Assembly: GCA_965219345.1 (NCBI GenBank)
Contig: OZ244732.1
Span: 1,344,001 to 1,408,000 of the forward strand
Direction: 5' to 3'
Source of the DNA: Nitrosopumilus sp.
GTDB lineage: Archaea; Thermoproteota; Nitrososphaeria; Nitrososphaerales; Nitrosopumilaceae
Length of the DNA stretch: 64,000 nucleotides
This document shows positions 1 through 10,583 of this stretch, one piece after another. The translations under genes were made by a program, and so were the position numbers. Position 1 is the first letter of the stretch. Each line of letters starts with the position of its first letter. The notes under the pieces were generated by a model. It was not told where the DNA came from. It did not search any database and saw nothing but the letters and a program-made list of their open reading frames with translations.

Positions 1-1342
1 CTTTTCCACAATTAGTTATTGGTCTTACGGTAAAATCATTTCCACAAGCATCGATTGATTCGAAAAATTCTGGAGCTATGCCAGTTACAATCACATCTCT
101 TAACAAATCAGTAATTTCTCCATTCTCAATTCTTTGTGCGTACTGACACGAAATACTCCAATTGTATCGTTTCATGTCAATTGATGGAATTTTCATATTT
201 GATATTAGATATCCATTTTTGACTCCCTTTACCATCTCCTCTACATTCCAATCCCCATTATCAATACAGGTACATGCCATACGAATCAAAGGCATGAATC
301 TGTAGTTTGTTGCTCTCATGTTTCCAGTAGATGGAGTGTTAAAAATTTCTGCAGTCTCTCTATTTTGCATATGATTTTTTAAAACACCACTTTCAATAAG
401 CGTAGTTTTTTTAGTTTTAACGCCCTCATCATCAAAATAATACCATCCTAAACTATCTTTGATGGTGGGATCATCAAAGACATTTAATTTGTCTGAGCCA
501 ATTTTTTCTCCAATCTTTCCCTTCCACCATGCGCCGCCAGCCCATGCCATCTCTTTTCCTAAAACTCTATCCGCTTCAGATGGATGACCCAATATCTCAT
601 GTGTAAGTAATGACACAAAATCTGGGTTCATTACTACTGTTGCTTTTTCTTCTTTTGCTGGTTTCGCGTCAATCAGTTGAGATGCCTTTGAAGCAATCTC
701 TTGTGCACTATGTTGAATCTTATTATTTTCTGTGATTTGTTCCATTCCGCCTCTACCTCCTTCTGCTATGTTTACTGATTGTGTAAGTCCTGATTCATGA
801 GATGTAGCTACCATATCCACTATCGTATCTGTATAATTTTGTATAATTTCTGAACCTTCACTATTTACAAAATATTTTGAGTTAACTACATATCCTGAAC
901 TGATAATTGACTTGATGATTCTTGGTGTGTCTGAAATAATTTTGTTACATTCAAACCCTATTGACATTAATTCTTCTAATTCTGGTTTTTTTAAAACTGG
1001 AAAATCTATCTTAGCTTTATTAGTAGAATTCGGGTATAGTTTAATTTCATTTTTTTCATTTTTAGAATAATGTAACGAATTTCTTAAAACTTCATTAACC
1101 CCTTCTTTGATTTGTTGGAAAGAATTTGGATTTGTGATTGAACAAAAACTCCATGCACCTTTTTTTATTAATCTGATACCGATACCAACATCCTTCCTAT
1201 CTCTGACATATTCTATTTCTCCATCCTCTATGAGTATTGATTTTATTTCTTGTTGCTCAGCTCTGGCATCACAATATTGAGCACCAGAATCCATTGCGTA
1301 TCTAATCGCTTTATCCGCCAGGTCTTGTAGGCCTAAATCCAT
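1..1342 (-). CDS. tldD: TldD/PmbA family metalloprotease (3' end runs off the window)
   Basis: Hand translation from ATG 1342: MDLGLQDLADKAIRYAMDSGAQYCDARAE...; contains LLTHEILGHPSEADR (HExxGH motif) and GWYYFDDEG. Absent from the ORF track because it is open at the window edge. Confidence 0.9.
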   Translation of the reverse strand, partial: MDLGLQDLADKAIRYAMDSGAQYCDARAEQQEIKSILIEDGEIEYVRDRKDVGIGIRLIKKGAWSFCSITNPNSFQQIKEGVNEVLRNSLHYSKNEKNEIKLYPNSTNKAKIDFPVLKKPELEELMSIGFECNKIISDTPRIIKSIISSGYVVNSKYFVNSEGSEIIQNYTDTIVDMVATSHESGLTQSVNIAEGGRGGMEQITENNKIQHSAQEIASKASQLIDAKPAKEEKATVVMNPDFVSLLTHEILGHPSEADRVLGKEMAWAGGAWWKGKIGEKIGSDKLNVFDDPTIKDSLGWYYFDDEGVKTKKTTLIESGVLKNHMQNRETAEIFNTPSTGNMRATNYRFMPLIRMACTCIDNGDWNVEEMVKGVKNGYLISNMKIPSIDMKRYNWSISCQYAQRIENGEITDLLRDVIVTGIAPEFFESIDACGNDFTVRPITNCGK

Positions 1343-1382
1343 GATTTATGAAATTTAAAGGGACTCGTAAACCTTCTGTATT

Positions 1383-1705
1383 CTAATTATTTGAAATTGC
1401 AGGCATAGTGAAATAATATTCATCTTCAAAGTCATAATCTATTGTACCTTTTTTACGTAAAAATTCAAAATACACAATACAATTTTTATAAAATTCATTA
1501 TTTTTTTTGTGTTCCCTTTCCATGTCCTCTATATTGAAATCTACATTTTTTTAAGAGAGTGAGTGATTTTAGATCTAAAAGATTGCTTTCTTTACGCAGA
1601 ACCTACAGGAACTTTTGTTACCTCAGATGGTTTTTTTGGGATTGTAAACGAAAATGTGGAATCCTTGATTTGGAATACTGTTCATGGAAATCTGCCCATC
1701 ATGAC
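1383..1705 (-). pseudogene. Degraded small hypothetical gene
   Basis: Protein-like C-terminal frame NVDFNIEDMEREHKKNNEFYKNCIVYFEFLRKKGTIDYDFEDEYYFTMPAISNN* preceded by frames broken by stops. Confidence 0.35.
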
Positions 1706-1719
1706 TCCCAACTATTCCC

Positions 1720-2712
1720 TTACAAATGACCAATCTCATGACCAATTACATTTCCAATTAGATCTTCTTGTTCACACATTACATTTACAGCTACAAATGC
1801 ATTGACTTCATCACCTAGAATATCAGCAGCTAATCCACAATTACCTGTAATTCCTGTACCTATTTTATTTAACAAAACTCCAAGGTCTGCATCTTCATTA
1901 TCTCTAACAGCATTACCGCGTTCCATGTAACCATCATTTACTGTAATTAATCTATCAAGATCAGTATTCATACTGACTTCAACATAATTACCACCTCCCG
2001 AATTAGTACCAACTGAGTCAATTTCAACATTAACTAGTTGTATAGGAATATTACTTTCTGCAAAGGCAATGTTAGTTTTATCAATTCCTTGATTTGCCAT
2101 TAGACGAAGATTTGTATTTCCTTTTTCAGTGAATGCATTTGGGGTATAGAGGAAAATTATATCTACAATAATGTCATCGACTTGATCATCACTGTATTCA
2201 AAAGGAGGAAATGATGCAATAATGCTCTCCCAGTTTGGATTTTCATTATTTGGACTAGTGGCATGTAGACCAACGTCATCACTAAGATCTAAATTATTTT
2301 CATAATAACCAATTTGGTGATTTAATGCAGTAGGAGTTAAGATATAGTTTTGACCAAGAAGACTAATTTCTGCCCGTGCTTGATCTCCAAAAACAGTTAC
2401 AAAGACATTATTTTTAGAATCAGTTGTACTTCCAACATATGTGTAATCTGTGCTGTTTCTAAAGATTGTTTGTTCATGTGTAATTTCCAAAGTATCTCCA
2501 AAAATACTTAGATTCATTCTCTCAGAAGTTAGTGCAGAAGGATTAATGTTAACATTAATTACATTTGAAGGAATGCGATCGATTTTGTGATTTAATGCAG
2601 TTGCTACAGTAATTTCAGATATGAATTCAGGATTTGCAGCAAATGAATCGTGTATCCCAATACTAGTGATTAAAACAAAAATTGTTGCAATAAATAGAAA
2701 AGATGTTTTCAT
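1720..2712 (-). pseudogene. Secreted M12/reprolysin-like zinc metallopeptidase, truncated at the zinc motif
   Basis: Signal peptide, prodomain, VDIIFLYT, ADLGVLL and CGLA motifs; ends GHEIGHL* before the third His of HExxHxxGxxH and the Met-turn. Confidence 0.75.
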
Positions 2713-2713
2713 T

Positions 2714-3865
2714 TTACATTATACCTCCATTTGCAAGATACAATGGTTCACCAGTTAGAGCATTAATATTAGCATACCAATCTGATGGTTTGTGCATAGG
2801 TTGATTTACTTCACAGTGACCTGCATAAATTGAATAAATTGGTGTACCGTGAATAATTTTTAAAGATGTTTGCCAATCATAGGTACCAAATTCTTCATTA
2901 TAAATTAAATTACAACTAGGATCAGTTAATTCATCAAACAATATAGCATAATCTTTTCCAATTTGTTTTGCTTCTTCATAATCATAAAGTTCTACCTCAT
3001 CGAGATTCGCATACCAATCTCTTATATGAATACTTGTATGCATGCCATCAGTATAGGTCCCAATTCCACTATATTCAACAAAAATATTATCCTTGACTTG
3101 AACAAACCAATATTTATCACTATCAGGTGCAAGTCTTTCCTTTAACACCTCATACGTAATAGGATAGCCGAGTTCTTGTTGGAACATTAAAGTAAAATCT
3201 TTAACAACTTTATTTTGTATTTTGTGTTCCCCCATAAGCTTGTAACTAACAAGATCTCCTCCGGTAGGTGATCCTCTGATTTGAATGGTTCCTTTAATTG
3301 TTTCATAATTAGTGCCATTGTCGGGTGTTTGATATTGACTAGTAATTTCATCATCTGTAATAGATGTTATTTTCTGTGCTAATTCATTGCGATCCCAAGC
3401 AGATATCTCAAAGGCGTGTTTTATGATGCTAGTTTTAGGAATATAATCCATAACATTTTCAGGATCAATAATTAGTTGAATTTCATTATTTTCTTTAGAA
3501 ATAGGTTTTTCGTTTATCTGAGGATCAGGTATATGTGTGACAAATTCTTCTACTGTTTCTTCAGTGGATTCTAAATCAGTTTCTTCAGAAATAGAATGTA
3601 TTGATAATGGAATTTGTATTTCCCACCCGAGTCTTTCAGATGTCTTTTCAGATACACACGCAACATTTCCATTGGTGCGAAGCACAAGTACTCTGTTCTC
3701 TCTACACTGTATCTCTTCAGGCAACACGCCTTGTTCTATCTGTTTTCTTGGGCTTTGTATTGTATTTTGTGCCATCATCTCACTTTCAGAAAATGAAAAT
3801 GGTATAGAGCCTGAAAATACAGTAATTCCAAGAAATACTGCCAGAATTTGTCTATTACTAGTCAT
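2714..3865 (-). CDS. Secreted protein with N-terminal SPxKQ...C...C...GW module
   Basis: Signal peptide from MTSNRQ (3865; ORF is open to 3898); module SPRKQIEQGV...IQCRENRVLVLRTNGNVACVSEKTSERLGW; paralogous to 45223-46352. Confidence 0.75.
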   Translation of the reverse strand: MTSNRQILAVFLGITVFSGSIPFSFSESEMMAQNTIQSPRKQIEQGVLPEEIQCRENRVLVLRTNGNVACVSEKTSERLGWEIQIPLSIHSISEETDLESTEETVEEFVTHIPDPQINEKPISKENNEIQLIIDPENVMDYIPKTSIIKHAFEISAWDRNELAQKITSITDDEITSQYQTPDNGTNYETIKGTIQIRGSPTGGDLVSYKLMGEHKIQNKVVKDFTLMFQQELGYPITYEVLKERLAPDSDKYWFVQVKDNIFVEYSGIGTYTDGMHTSIHIRDWYANLDEVELYDYEEAKQIGKDYAILFDELTDPSCNLIYNEEFGTYDWQTSLKIIHGTPIYSIYAGHCEVNQPMHKPSDWYANINALTGEPLYLANGGIM

Positions 3866-3923
3866 TATTATGTAAAAATATACAAATCGTTTAACCATTA
3901 CTAGAAATTTGGATGTGTTGTAG

Positions 3924-4957
3924 TATATGAAAACTCGGTCCGCTAGTCATCTGCATCCTTCTCCATCCATTGCGGGTCGCCTTCCCTGATCGCGTCCGTG
4001 GCCTTTTTGTCCGAGAACGCCCTCAGCGGGGTCTGGTAGTTGTCAATGTCAAGGGAGAAGTGCAGCCTCTCCTCGTTGTAGTATTCCATGTACGCAGACA
4101 GGCTCTCATAGTGGAATATCTCGTCCTCTATGCTGCGGTGGAACCTCTCAAGCTTCCCGTTGGTCTGGGGATGGTACGGCCTGGAGTTTATCAGCTCGAT
4201 GCCGCAGTCGAGCAGCTCGGCCTCAAAGGCAGTAGCCTTCCACGCTTTTGCGGGCGGCGCCTTCCTGCGGCCGCCGCGGCCGACAAAGCATGAACCGTTG
4301 TCTGAGAGGATCGTGGCAGGCGTGCCGAACCTGCCTATTGCGTCCCTGAGCACCAGTACTGCGTTCTCGGATGTGGCCTGCGTGAAGACCTGCGAGGCCA
4401 CGACGCACCTTGAGGCGTCATCAAGATACGTGACCAGCTGGAGGCCCCGAAACCGCGGGTCCTTCATCTCGTGCCAGTCGACATGCCACATGGCATTGGA
4501 ATACCTGCGCTCATAGCGCACCCACTTACGCTTCCTTGATTTTGCAGCAGACGGCACGACTGAGCCGCTCTTCTTCAATATACGGTATACTGCATGGTAG
4601 CTTATATCATGATTCTTCCTGAGATCCCTTGCGGTACGCACCACCCCCACCGGACGCCTCCGGTGCGCCCATGTCACGAGCCGCATCCGGGATGCGGTGA
4701 TGCAGAGGCGCGGCCTACCCATCCTTGCGCGGGTGGTGCCGGTCCTCTGAAACCTCGCCCACAGCCTCCGCACGTGCCTGGCAGTGATGCCGAGGTCCCT
4801 TGCCACTTGGGATGAGGACGAACCCTTCCTGCGCTGCCTTACCAGATACTGCCTGGACTCTTCTGTCAGTCTCTTTGTCATGGACTTTCGTGATCGGTAC
4901 AGGCTAAAATAATCGGCTACTGTCCTCTTGATCCTGTGCGGACCGACTTTGCGTACA
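3924..4957 (-). mobile_element. IS481-family insertion sequence (about 1.03 kb)
   Basis: Imperfect 20-bp terminal inverted repeats (TATATGAAAACTCGGTCCGC 3924-3943 vs reverse complement of 4938-4957 TGTACGCAAAGTCGGTCCGC, 16/20 identical); abrupt GC-rich composition; single rve transposase. No target duplication seen. Confidence 0.85.
3943..4881 (-). CDS. IS481-family DDE (rve) transposase
   Basis: N-terminal HTH; WHVD, YLDDASR, SDNGSCF, PYHPQTNGKLERFH and YNEERLH motifs. Start placed at MTKRL (4881) because the longer ORF extends outside the terminal repeat. Confidence 0.92.
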   Translation of the reverse strand: MTKRLTEESRQYLVRQRRKGSSSSQVARDLGITARHVRRLWARFQRTGTTRARMGRPRLCITASRMRLVTWAHRRRPVGVVRTARDLRKNHDISYHAVYRILKKSGSVVPSAAKSRKRKWVRYERRYSNAMWHVDWHEMKDPRFRGLQLVTYLDDASRCVVASQVFTQATSENAVLVLRDAIGRFGTPATILSDNGSCFVGRGGRRKAPPAKAWKATAFEAELLDCGIELINSRPYHPQTNGKLERFHRSIEDEIFHYESLSAYMEYYNEERLHFSLDIDNYQTPLRAFSDKKATDAIREGDPQWMEKDADD

Positions 4958-5125
4958 ATAGAACGGGGTACGGCATCTTTGATGATGCCACGACCCAAAA
5001 CGCCCTCAAAGCGCTAGACGAGGCAGTTGAGAGCCACGGCAGGCCTACATCAGTCATGACCGACCACGGAAGCCAGTTCTATGCAAACAAGAAGGAGGAG
5101 AAGGGGAGTTTTTACCTGATTCCCA
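4958..5125 (+). pseudogene. Internal fragment of a second IS481-type transposase
   Basis: GYGIFDDATTQNALKALDEAVESHGRPTSVMTDHGSQFYAN aligns with GYGVFDQATSRHAIEVLRAAMEAHGKPASILTDRGSQFYAN of the transposase at 16770. Confidence 0.8.
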
Positions 5126-5165
5126 ATAATGAATATTTTTTATATGGAAAAATAAGTGAAATTTG

Positions 5166-5509
5166 ATGGTAAAAATACTCATTGCAGGTGATTCTGATGC
5201 AATTCGTTTAGTTTTAAAAGATATTTTAACAATTGAGAATCCTGAAGTAGGTGCTGAAGCAGTTGATCTTTATCAACAATATAATCCTCAAATTCCTCTT
5301 CTTGATTTGGCAATGCCAAAAAAGATGGTTTCGCAGTTGTAAAAGAAGTAATGAAATATGATTCCAATGCAAAAATAATTTTAATCACTGCAAATGATGA
5401 TCAAAAAGTCATCGCTCAATGTTTAAAATATGGTGCAAAATCTCACATTGCCAAACCCCTTGATTTTAATTCTGTCTTAAAATCCATTTCTGCACTTTTG
5501 GAAAATTAA
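5166..5509 (+). pseudogene. CheY-like single-domain response regulator, frameshifted
   Basis: MVKILIAGDSDAIR...LLDLAMPKK / DGFAVVKEVMKYDSNAKIILITANDD...GAKSHIAKPLDF; 1-nt loss in an A-run near 5330, first acidic Asp replaced by Gly, apparent internal deletion. Confidence 0.8.
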
Positions 5510-5546
5510 TTTAGGGCATTAATTTATATCAAAATGGAAGGATAAT

Positions 5547-7367
5547 TTGTCAAAAATTGTTGCTGATACTAGTATCATAATTAATGGTCAACTTATTGCT
5601 CAGATAGAAGCAGGTTCAATTAGAAATTCTGAAATTATAATACCTCAAGCAGTTTTTGATGAATTACAATCTCAAGCGTCTAACAAAAAGGAACAGGGTT
5701 TTACTGGATTAGAAAAAATTCAAAAACTTAAAGAATTATCTGGCAGTTATGGGCTGAATATAGTTTTGAAGGGATCGCATCCCTCTACCGATGATATTAA
5801 ACTTGCAGATCGTGGTAGAATTGATGCCCTTATCACTGATTTGGCTAAACAAAACGATGCTGTTCTTTATACATCAGATAATGTTCAACATCTAGTTGCA
5901 CAAGCTGAAGATGTTGAAACAGTTTTTCTTAAACATGTAATTAAAGATGAAACATTAGAATTTCTGAAATTTTTTGATGCTGAGACAATGAGTGTTCATC
6001 TTAAAGAAAACCAATATCCTTTAGCAAAAAAAGGAAAACCTGGCACTTTTTCATTAACTACACTTAGTGATGATATTCTTTCAAGAGATTATTTGGAGTC
6101 AATTTCGTCACAAATCTTAGATGTGGCACATGCATCTGATTCAAGTAACATTGAGATCTCAAAGACTGGCGCATCTGTAATTCAACATGATGATTATCGT
6201 ATAGCAATCACCTGTCCTCCTTTTTCTGAATCTTTTGAAATAACAATTGTTCATCCAATCGTAAAATTATCTCTTGAAGATTATCAAATTTCTGATGAGT
6301 TAATGAAACGTTTCTCTGATAGAGCTGAAGGAATTGTGATTTCTGGTGCTCCGGGTTCTGGGAAAAGCACTCTTGCATCCGGACTTGCAAATTTTTATCA
6401 TAATAAGGGAAAAATTGTTAAAACATTTGAATCGCCCCGCGATTTGCAAGTTGATCCTGGAATTACTCAATATAGTAAATTAGATGGAAGTTTTGATAAC
6501 AGCGCTGACATTTTGTTACTTGTTCGTCCTGATTATACTATTTTTGACGAAATAAGAAGACGAGAAGATTTTAGAACATTCGCTGATTTGCGATTAACTG
6601 GTGTAGGAATGGTCGGTGTGGTTCATGCGAATTCCCCAATTGATGCAATTCAGCGTTTTATTGGAAAGATTGAACTTGGTATAATTCCAAGTGTATTGGA
6701 TACTGTAGTCTTTGTAAAAGATGGGAGAATTGAAAAAGTCTATGACTTGAAATTAAAAGTAAAGGTACCTTCTGGAATGACCGAATCTGATCTAGCAAGG
6801 CCTGTCATTGAAATTAGAAATTTTGCAGATAATGTTCTAGAACATGAAATCTACACATTCGGAGAAGAAAATGTTATTGTTCCCATTGCAAAAAGGGTTC
6901 AAAAAGTTGGAATTGAAAAACTTGCCGAAGATAAAATAAGAGAAACTTTCAAAAGATATGATCCTCACGCAGAAGTTGAAATTTTATCTGATAATAGAGT
7001 AAAAGTATTTGTAGATGAACAATGTATCCCGTCAATAATAGGAAGAGGAGGCTCAAACATCAATGAAATTGAAAAATTCCTCAAAGTCCATGTTGATGTT
7101 GTTCAAAAAGACTCTGATTATTCATCTAGAATGACGAATGATCTACCATTTACTTATTCAGAATCAAAAACTGCTCTGCTTCTAACCGTTAACAAAGAAT
7201 ATACTTCAATGCATGTAAATATCTCTGTTAATGACGAATATGTCACATCAGTAAGAATTGGTAAGAAAGGGCAGATAAAAATTCCAAAACGTTCTGATAT
7301 TGCAAGAAATCTTATGAGTCTTGCATCCTCGCAAAACGATATTCAAATATTCCTCAAAGATTTTTAA
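5547..7367 (+). CDS. PIN-domain / PilT-like ATPase / KH-domain protein (PINA-type ATPase)
   Basis: N-terminal PIN (VADTS), Walker A GAPGSGKST, FDEIR, C-terminal KH IIGRGG. Confidence 0.88.
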   Translation: MSKIVADTSIIINGQLIAQIEAGSIRNSEIIIPQAVFDELQSQASNKKEQGFTGLEKIQKLKELSGSYGLNIVLKGSHPSTDDIKLADRGRIDALITDLAKQNDAVLYTSDNVQHLVAQAEDVETVFLKHVIKDETLEFLKFFDAETMSVHLKENQYPLAKKGKPGTFSLTTLSDDILSRDYLESISSQILDVAHASDSSNIEISKTGASVIQHDDYRIAITCPPFSESFEITIVHPIVKLSLEDYQISDELMKRFSDRAEGIVISGAPGSGKSTLASGLANFYHNKGKIVKTFESPRDLQVDPGITQYSKLDGSFDNSADILLLVRPDYTIFDEIRRREDFRTFADLRLTGVGMVGVVHANSPIDAIQRFIGKIELGIIPSVLDTVVFVKDGRIEKVYDLKLKVKVPSGMTESDLARPVIEIRNFADNVLEHEIYTFGEENVIVPIAKRVQKVGIEKLAEDKIRETFKRYDPHAEVEILSDNRVKVFVDEQCIPSIIGRGGSNINEIEKFLKVHVDVVQKDSDYSSRMTNDLPFTYSESKTALLLTVNKEYTSMHVNISVNDEYVTSVRIGKKGQIKIPKRSDIARNLMSLASSQNDIQIFLKDF

Positions 7368-7818
7368 AATTTTCAATTATCTTGGGATTTGCTTTAAGAA
7401 AAGTAATGAATTTTCTTAACTGCTTAATTGTTTTTGGGTTTAGGTGATGCTCAATTCCTTCTGTATCTTGATTTGCAGTCTCATATCCAACTCCTAAAAT
7501 TTCAAAAAATTCCAATAAAATTCCATGTTTTTGTCGGATTCCATCAGCTACCCGTACTCCTTTGTCTGTAAGATTAATTCCATGATATTTTTCATATTCT
7601 AAAAATCCATTCTCATCTAGTCTTTGAAGCATCTTAGTAACACTAGGTGCACTAACATCCATGTATCTTGAAATGTCCAAAGTAGTTGCGTAACCTTTCA
7701 GTTCAACTAATTCTGATATTATTTCCAAATAATCCTCCATCCTTGTACTTGATTGGGTTCTTTCTGAATGATGAGCTGCTTTAATTGAATCCAATCTTTT
7801 GGAATTTTTAGATTTCAT
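7354..7818 (-). CDS. DtxR/MntR family metal-dependent repressor
   Basis: MEDYLEII, VSAPSVTKMLQRL, KHGILLEFF and GIEHHL motifs. Confidence 0.9.
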   Translation of the reverse strand: MKSKNSKRLDSIKAAHHSERTQSSTRMEDYLEIISELVELKGYATTLDISRYMDVSAPSVTKMLQRLDENGFLEYEKYHGINLTDKGVRVADGIRQKHGILLEFFEILGVGYETANQDTEGIEHHLNPKTIKQLRKFITFLKANPKIIENFKNL

Positions 7819-7953
7819 GTAATCTTTGTATCTAAATCAAATCCAGTATAATTGAGTGTCTTTTTCGTTGATTTTAGTTGTTCTTTCTTGACTTGGATGT
7901 AACCAGAATTGATCTTCGAATCTTAACTAACTTTTTCCAAATGATAGGCTGAA

Positions 7954-8304
7954 ATGACAGATCCCTTAAAGGTACGACTGGAAAAACTAAGAAAATCATC
8001 CGAATCAGCTAAACGCAGAGCAAATTTGTATACTGAAGTTGCTAAAATGAATCAAGGTCCTAATACGAGTTCATTAGATGCTCTACAAAAAGCTCCTGCA
8101 CCAGGTAAAAAACTTCAAAAAATTGGATTTTTGATGTTGTGGGTTCCTGAACCCACTGGTGTTACTTGTGCAATTGGAGGGCCTATGATTGTTGCTGGAC
8201 GATATCTTGACAAAAAATACAATGGCGCAACTATTCACGATATTGGCCATGAGACAAAAAATACCTTTTCATCAATTAACGACTTTAAGAATTCTATAAT
8301 ATGA
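7954..8304 (+). CDS. Hypothetical protein
   Basis: 116-aa ORF in gene-like spacing with a hydrophobic WVPEPTG segment. Confidence 0.65.
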   Translation: MTDPLKVRLEKLRKSSESAKRRANLYTEVAKMNQGPNTSSLDALQKAPAPGKKLQKIGFLMLWVPEPTGVTCAIGGPMIVAGRYLDKKYNGATIHDIGHETKNTFSSINDFKNSII

Positions 8305-8342
8305 CACACTTAGTTTTTAAAAGGATTCAGATAAATTAATTT

Positions 8343-8834
8343 ATGACAACTCGGGGCCAAGTACTTATTCCTATTTCGATTGCCGCAGTAATCATTGGCA
8401 TTGCAGGTTTGATGTCACTTCCAAGTGAAAGTAAATTACAATCTGTTGAATTTCCTATGGGGACAATCATGGTTGATGACATTCCTCTTCAAGTAATGAT
8501 TGCTGATACTGAACCTAGACGTATTCGTGGATTAATGTTTGAAGATCAATTGCCTTATGATCAGGGAATGATCTTTGTATTTGAAGAATCTGGACTATAT
8601 TCACTGTGGATGCTTAACATGCAATTTTCTCTTGATATGATTTGGTTTGATCAGGACGGAAAAGTTGTACATATTGAAACCGATATTCCTCCATGTAAAA
8701 CTGCATTAGAAATCGCAACCTGCCAAAGTATTGTTCCCAATGAGGAAGCAGTTTATGTTCTTGAAGTTACATCCGGGTTTGTTACTAAAAATAATATTAC
8801 AAAAGACTCTTTATTGAGCATTATCTCAATTTAG
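8343..8834 (+). CDS. DUF192 family membrane-anchored protein
   Basis: ADT..R.RGLMF, GMIFVF, WMLNMQFSLDMIWFD and YVLEV..G motifs. Confidence 0.88.
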   Translation: MTTRGQVLIPISIAAVIIGIAGLMSLPSESKLQSVEFPMGTIMVDDIPLQVMIADTEPRRIRGLMFEDQLPYDQGMIFVFEESGLYSLWMLNMQFSLDMIWFDQDGKVVHIETDIPPCKTALEIATCQSIVPNEEAVYVLEVTSGFVTKNNITKDSLLSIISI

Positions 8835-8875
8835 AATTGCAAAGCCTTATCTTTGAATGTTAAAGGTTGTAATTT

Positions 8876-9508
8876 ATGAACAAGTTAATTTTGATCCCTA
8901 TTTTGCTTGGCATTGCAGCAGTTGTTTCCATTTCTATCTTTTCAACTTCTGAAAACGCATCACAACCGCAGTCAAAATCAATCTATGAAGTAGGTTTTAC
9001 TTTTAATGATGTTGACAAAATTAAAAAATCTCTATCAACACAAAAAATTTTCATGTCTTCCCCGTCTGAAATCACTGATCACACTATAGAACAATACTGC
9101 CCATACTTTACTGATATTCAAAACCCAATTGAACATTGTGCTACTACTGCCATCACAGACATTCATGGAAAGTCCCTTGGAAATATCAACATGGGGGGAA
9201 CTATCGACGGACCAATCATGGCATTTGCCATTATTGACTCAACTCCACTTTTAGATTCAAAACAAGATGTAGTTAACCATGTTTTTCAAACAATGATTGA
9301 GACTTTGGTGTGTGACTGCTGGGAGGAAAAACAGCCAGGTGGTTTTGAATCTGTACGTGCATGGCTAGATACTGCTTCAGAAAAATATACTGAATCTACC
9401 CAAAGTACACTCACATCAAAAATTAATGGTCTGGAAAATATGAATCTGATTTTGGAGATAACCTCTACAAATGAAAAGTATCTATGGACATTAATTATTC
9501 TCAAGTAG
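8876..9508 (+). CDS. Exported hypothetical protein
   Basis: N-terminal signal/TM segment; 210 aa with paired Cys. Confidence 0.7.
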   Translation: MNKLILIPILLGIAAVVSISIFSTSENASQPQSKSIYEVGFTFNDVDKIKKSLSTQKIFMSSPSEITDHTIEQYCPYFTDIQNPIEHCATTAITDIHGKSLGNINMGGTIDGPIMAFAIIDSTPLLDSKQDVVNHVFQTMIETLVCDCWEEKQPGGFESVRAWLDTASEKYTESTQSTLTSKINGLENMNLILEITSTNEKYLWTLIILK

Positions 9509-9536
9509 TCTAATTATATACAACAAAATTCTTTGA

Positions 9537-10322
9537 TTGGCGATTACAATGATTGATCAGTTATGGCTAATTGCTCTAGGATTTGCTGCAGGAATATTAG
9601 GTTCCATAATTGGACTTGGTGGGGGAATTATTGTCGTTCCTGTATTGACATTTCTAGGATTTCCTCCAACAACTGCTGCAAGTAATAGTCTATTTGCTGC
9701 ATTGAGTAATGCAATTGCATCTACTATCTCTTATTCTAGACAAAAAAGAATTGAATTTTCTTTAGGAATCACACTGGGGTTACTTTCCATTCCTGGAACT
9801 GTATTAGGTGCGTTAATCTCTACAGATGTAACTCCTGAAATTTTTAAAATATTATTTGGTTTAGTACTAATTGCATCTGCAGCTTACATTTTTTTGAGAA
9901 AAAAGATTGAGAGCAAAGAAAAGAAGCTTTCTACACAAATGATGGTCTTTGCAGTTGGTGCTAGTTTCTTTGCAGGAATAATATCTTCATTTTTTGGAAT
10001 CGGTGGCGGAATTGTGTTTGTTCCATTAATGGTAATTGGGATGGGAATGGCAATGAAAAGGGCAGCACCTACATCTCAGCTTATCTTGTTATTTGCATCA
10101 TTATCTGGTGTGCTATCTCACAGCTTATTAGGACATCCAGATTTTACACAAGCTGGACTTTTGGCAATTGGTTCCTTTATTGGTGGACTAGTTGGTGCAA
10201 GACTATCGCTAGAAATCAAAGAAAGATATTTGAAAATTCTTGTTTCTGCTGTAATTCTAATTGCTGCTGCAAAACTCTTTTTTGATTCAATATCTGATGG
10301 TTCTGTTCTTTTTGGATTCTAG
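9537..10322 (+). CDS. TauE/SafE (DUF81) membrane transporter
   Basis: Duplicated G(L/I)GGG..VP motif; about 8 TM segments. Confidence 0.9.
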   Translation: MAITMIDQLWLIALGFAAGILGSIIGLGGGIIVVPVLTFLGFPPTTAASNSLFAALSNAIASTISYSRQKRIEFSLGITLGLLSIPGTVLGALISTDVTPEIFKILFGLVLIASAAYIFLRKKIESKEKKLSTQMMVFAVGASFFAGIISSFFGIGGGIVFVPLMVIGMGMAMKRAAPTSQLILLFASLSGVLSHSLLGHPDFTQAGLLAIGSFIGGLVGARLSLEIKERYLKILVSAVILIAAAKLFFDSISDGSVLFGF

Positions 10323-10426
10323 CCTCGAATTTTTCCTTGTGCTTTTATGATAATTTTGTAATACAGACTGTTCGTTAGGTCATTTGACCTGATGGCTGGA
10401 GAGACTAGTCGGCTCTCTAGTTTCAT
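10319..10426 (-). CDS. Possible 35-aa small protein
   Basis: Hand translation MKLESRLVSPAIRSNDLTNSLYYKIIIKAQGKIRG*; fills an intergenic gap. Confidence 0.35.
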   Translation of the reverse strand: MKLESRLVSPAIRSNDLTNSLYYKIIIKAQGKIRG

Positions 10427-10583
10427 TTTTAATCACAAATTGTTAGTATGATTTCTGCGACCCTATTAAATACAAATTCTACAAATCATGCTTATGACAA
10501 TAATATTCATTCCTGTAAGGCCATCAAGAAGAAGTGATGATGAATTTGACGATTAATCTACTTTAAGTTCAGATTTTTTAATC

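Noticed and set aside
3970-4815. Plus-strand ORFs inside the first IS481, and similar antisense ORFs at 16857-18873 and 22006-22489
   Set aside because: Shadow ORFs of GC-rich transposase sequence with no recognisable motifs.
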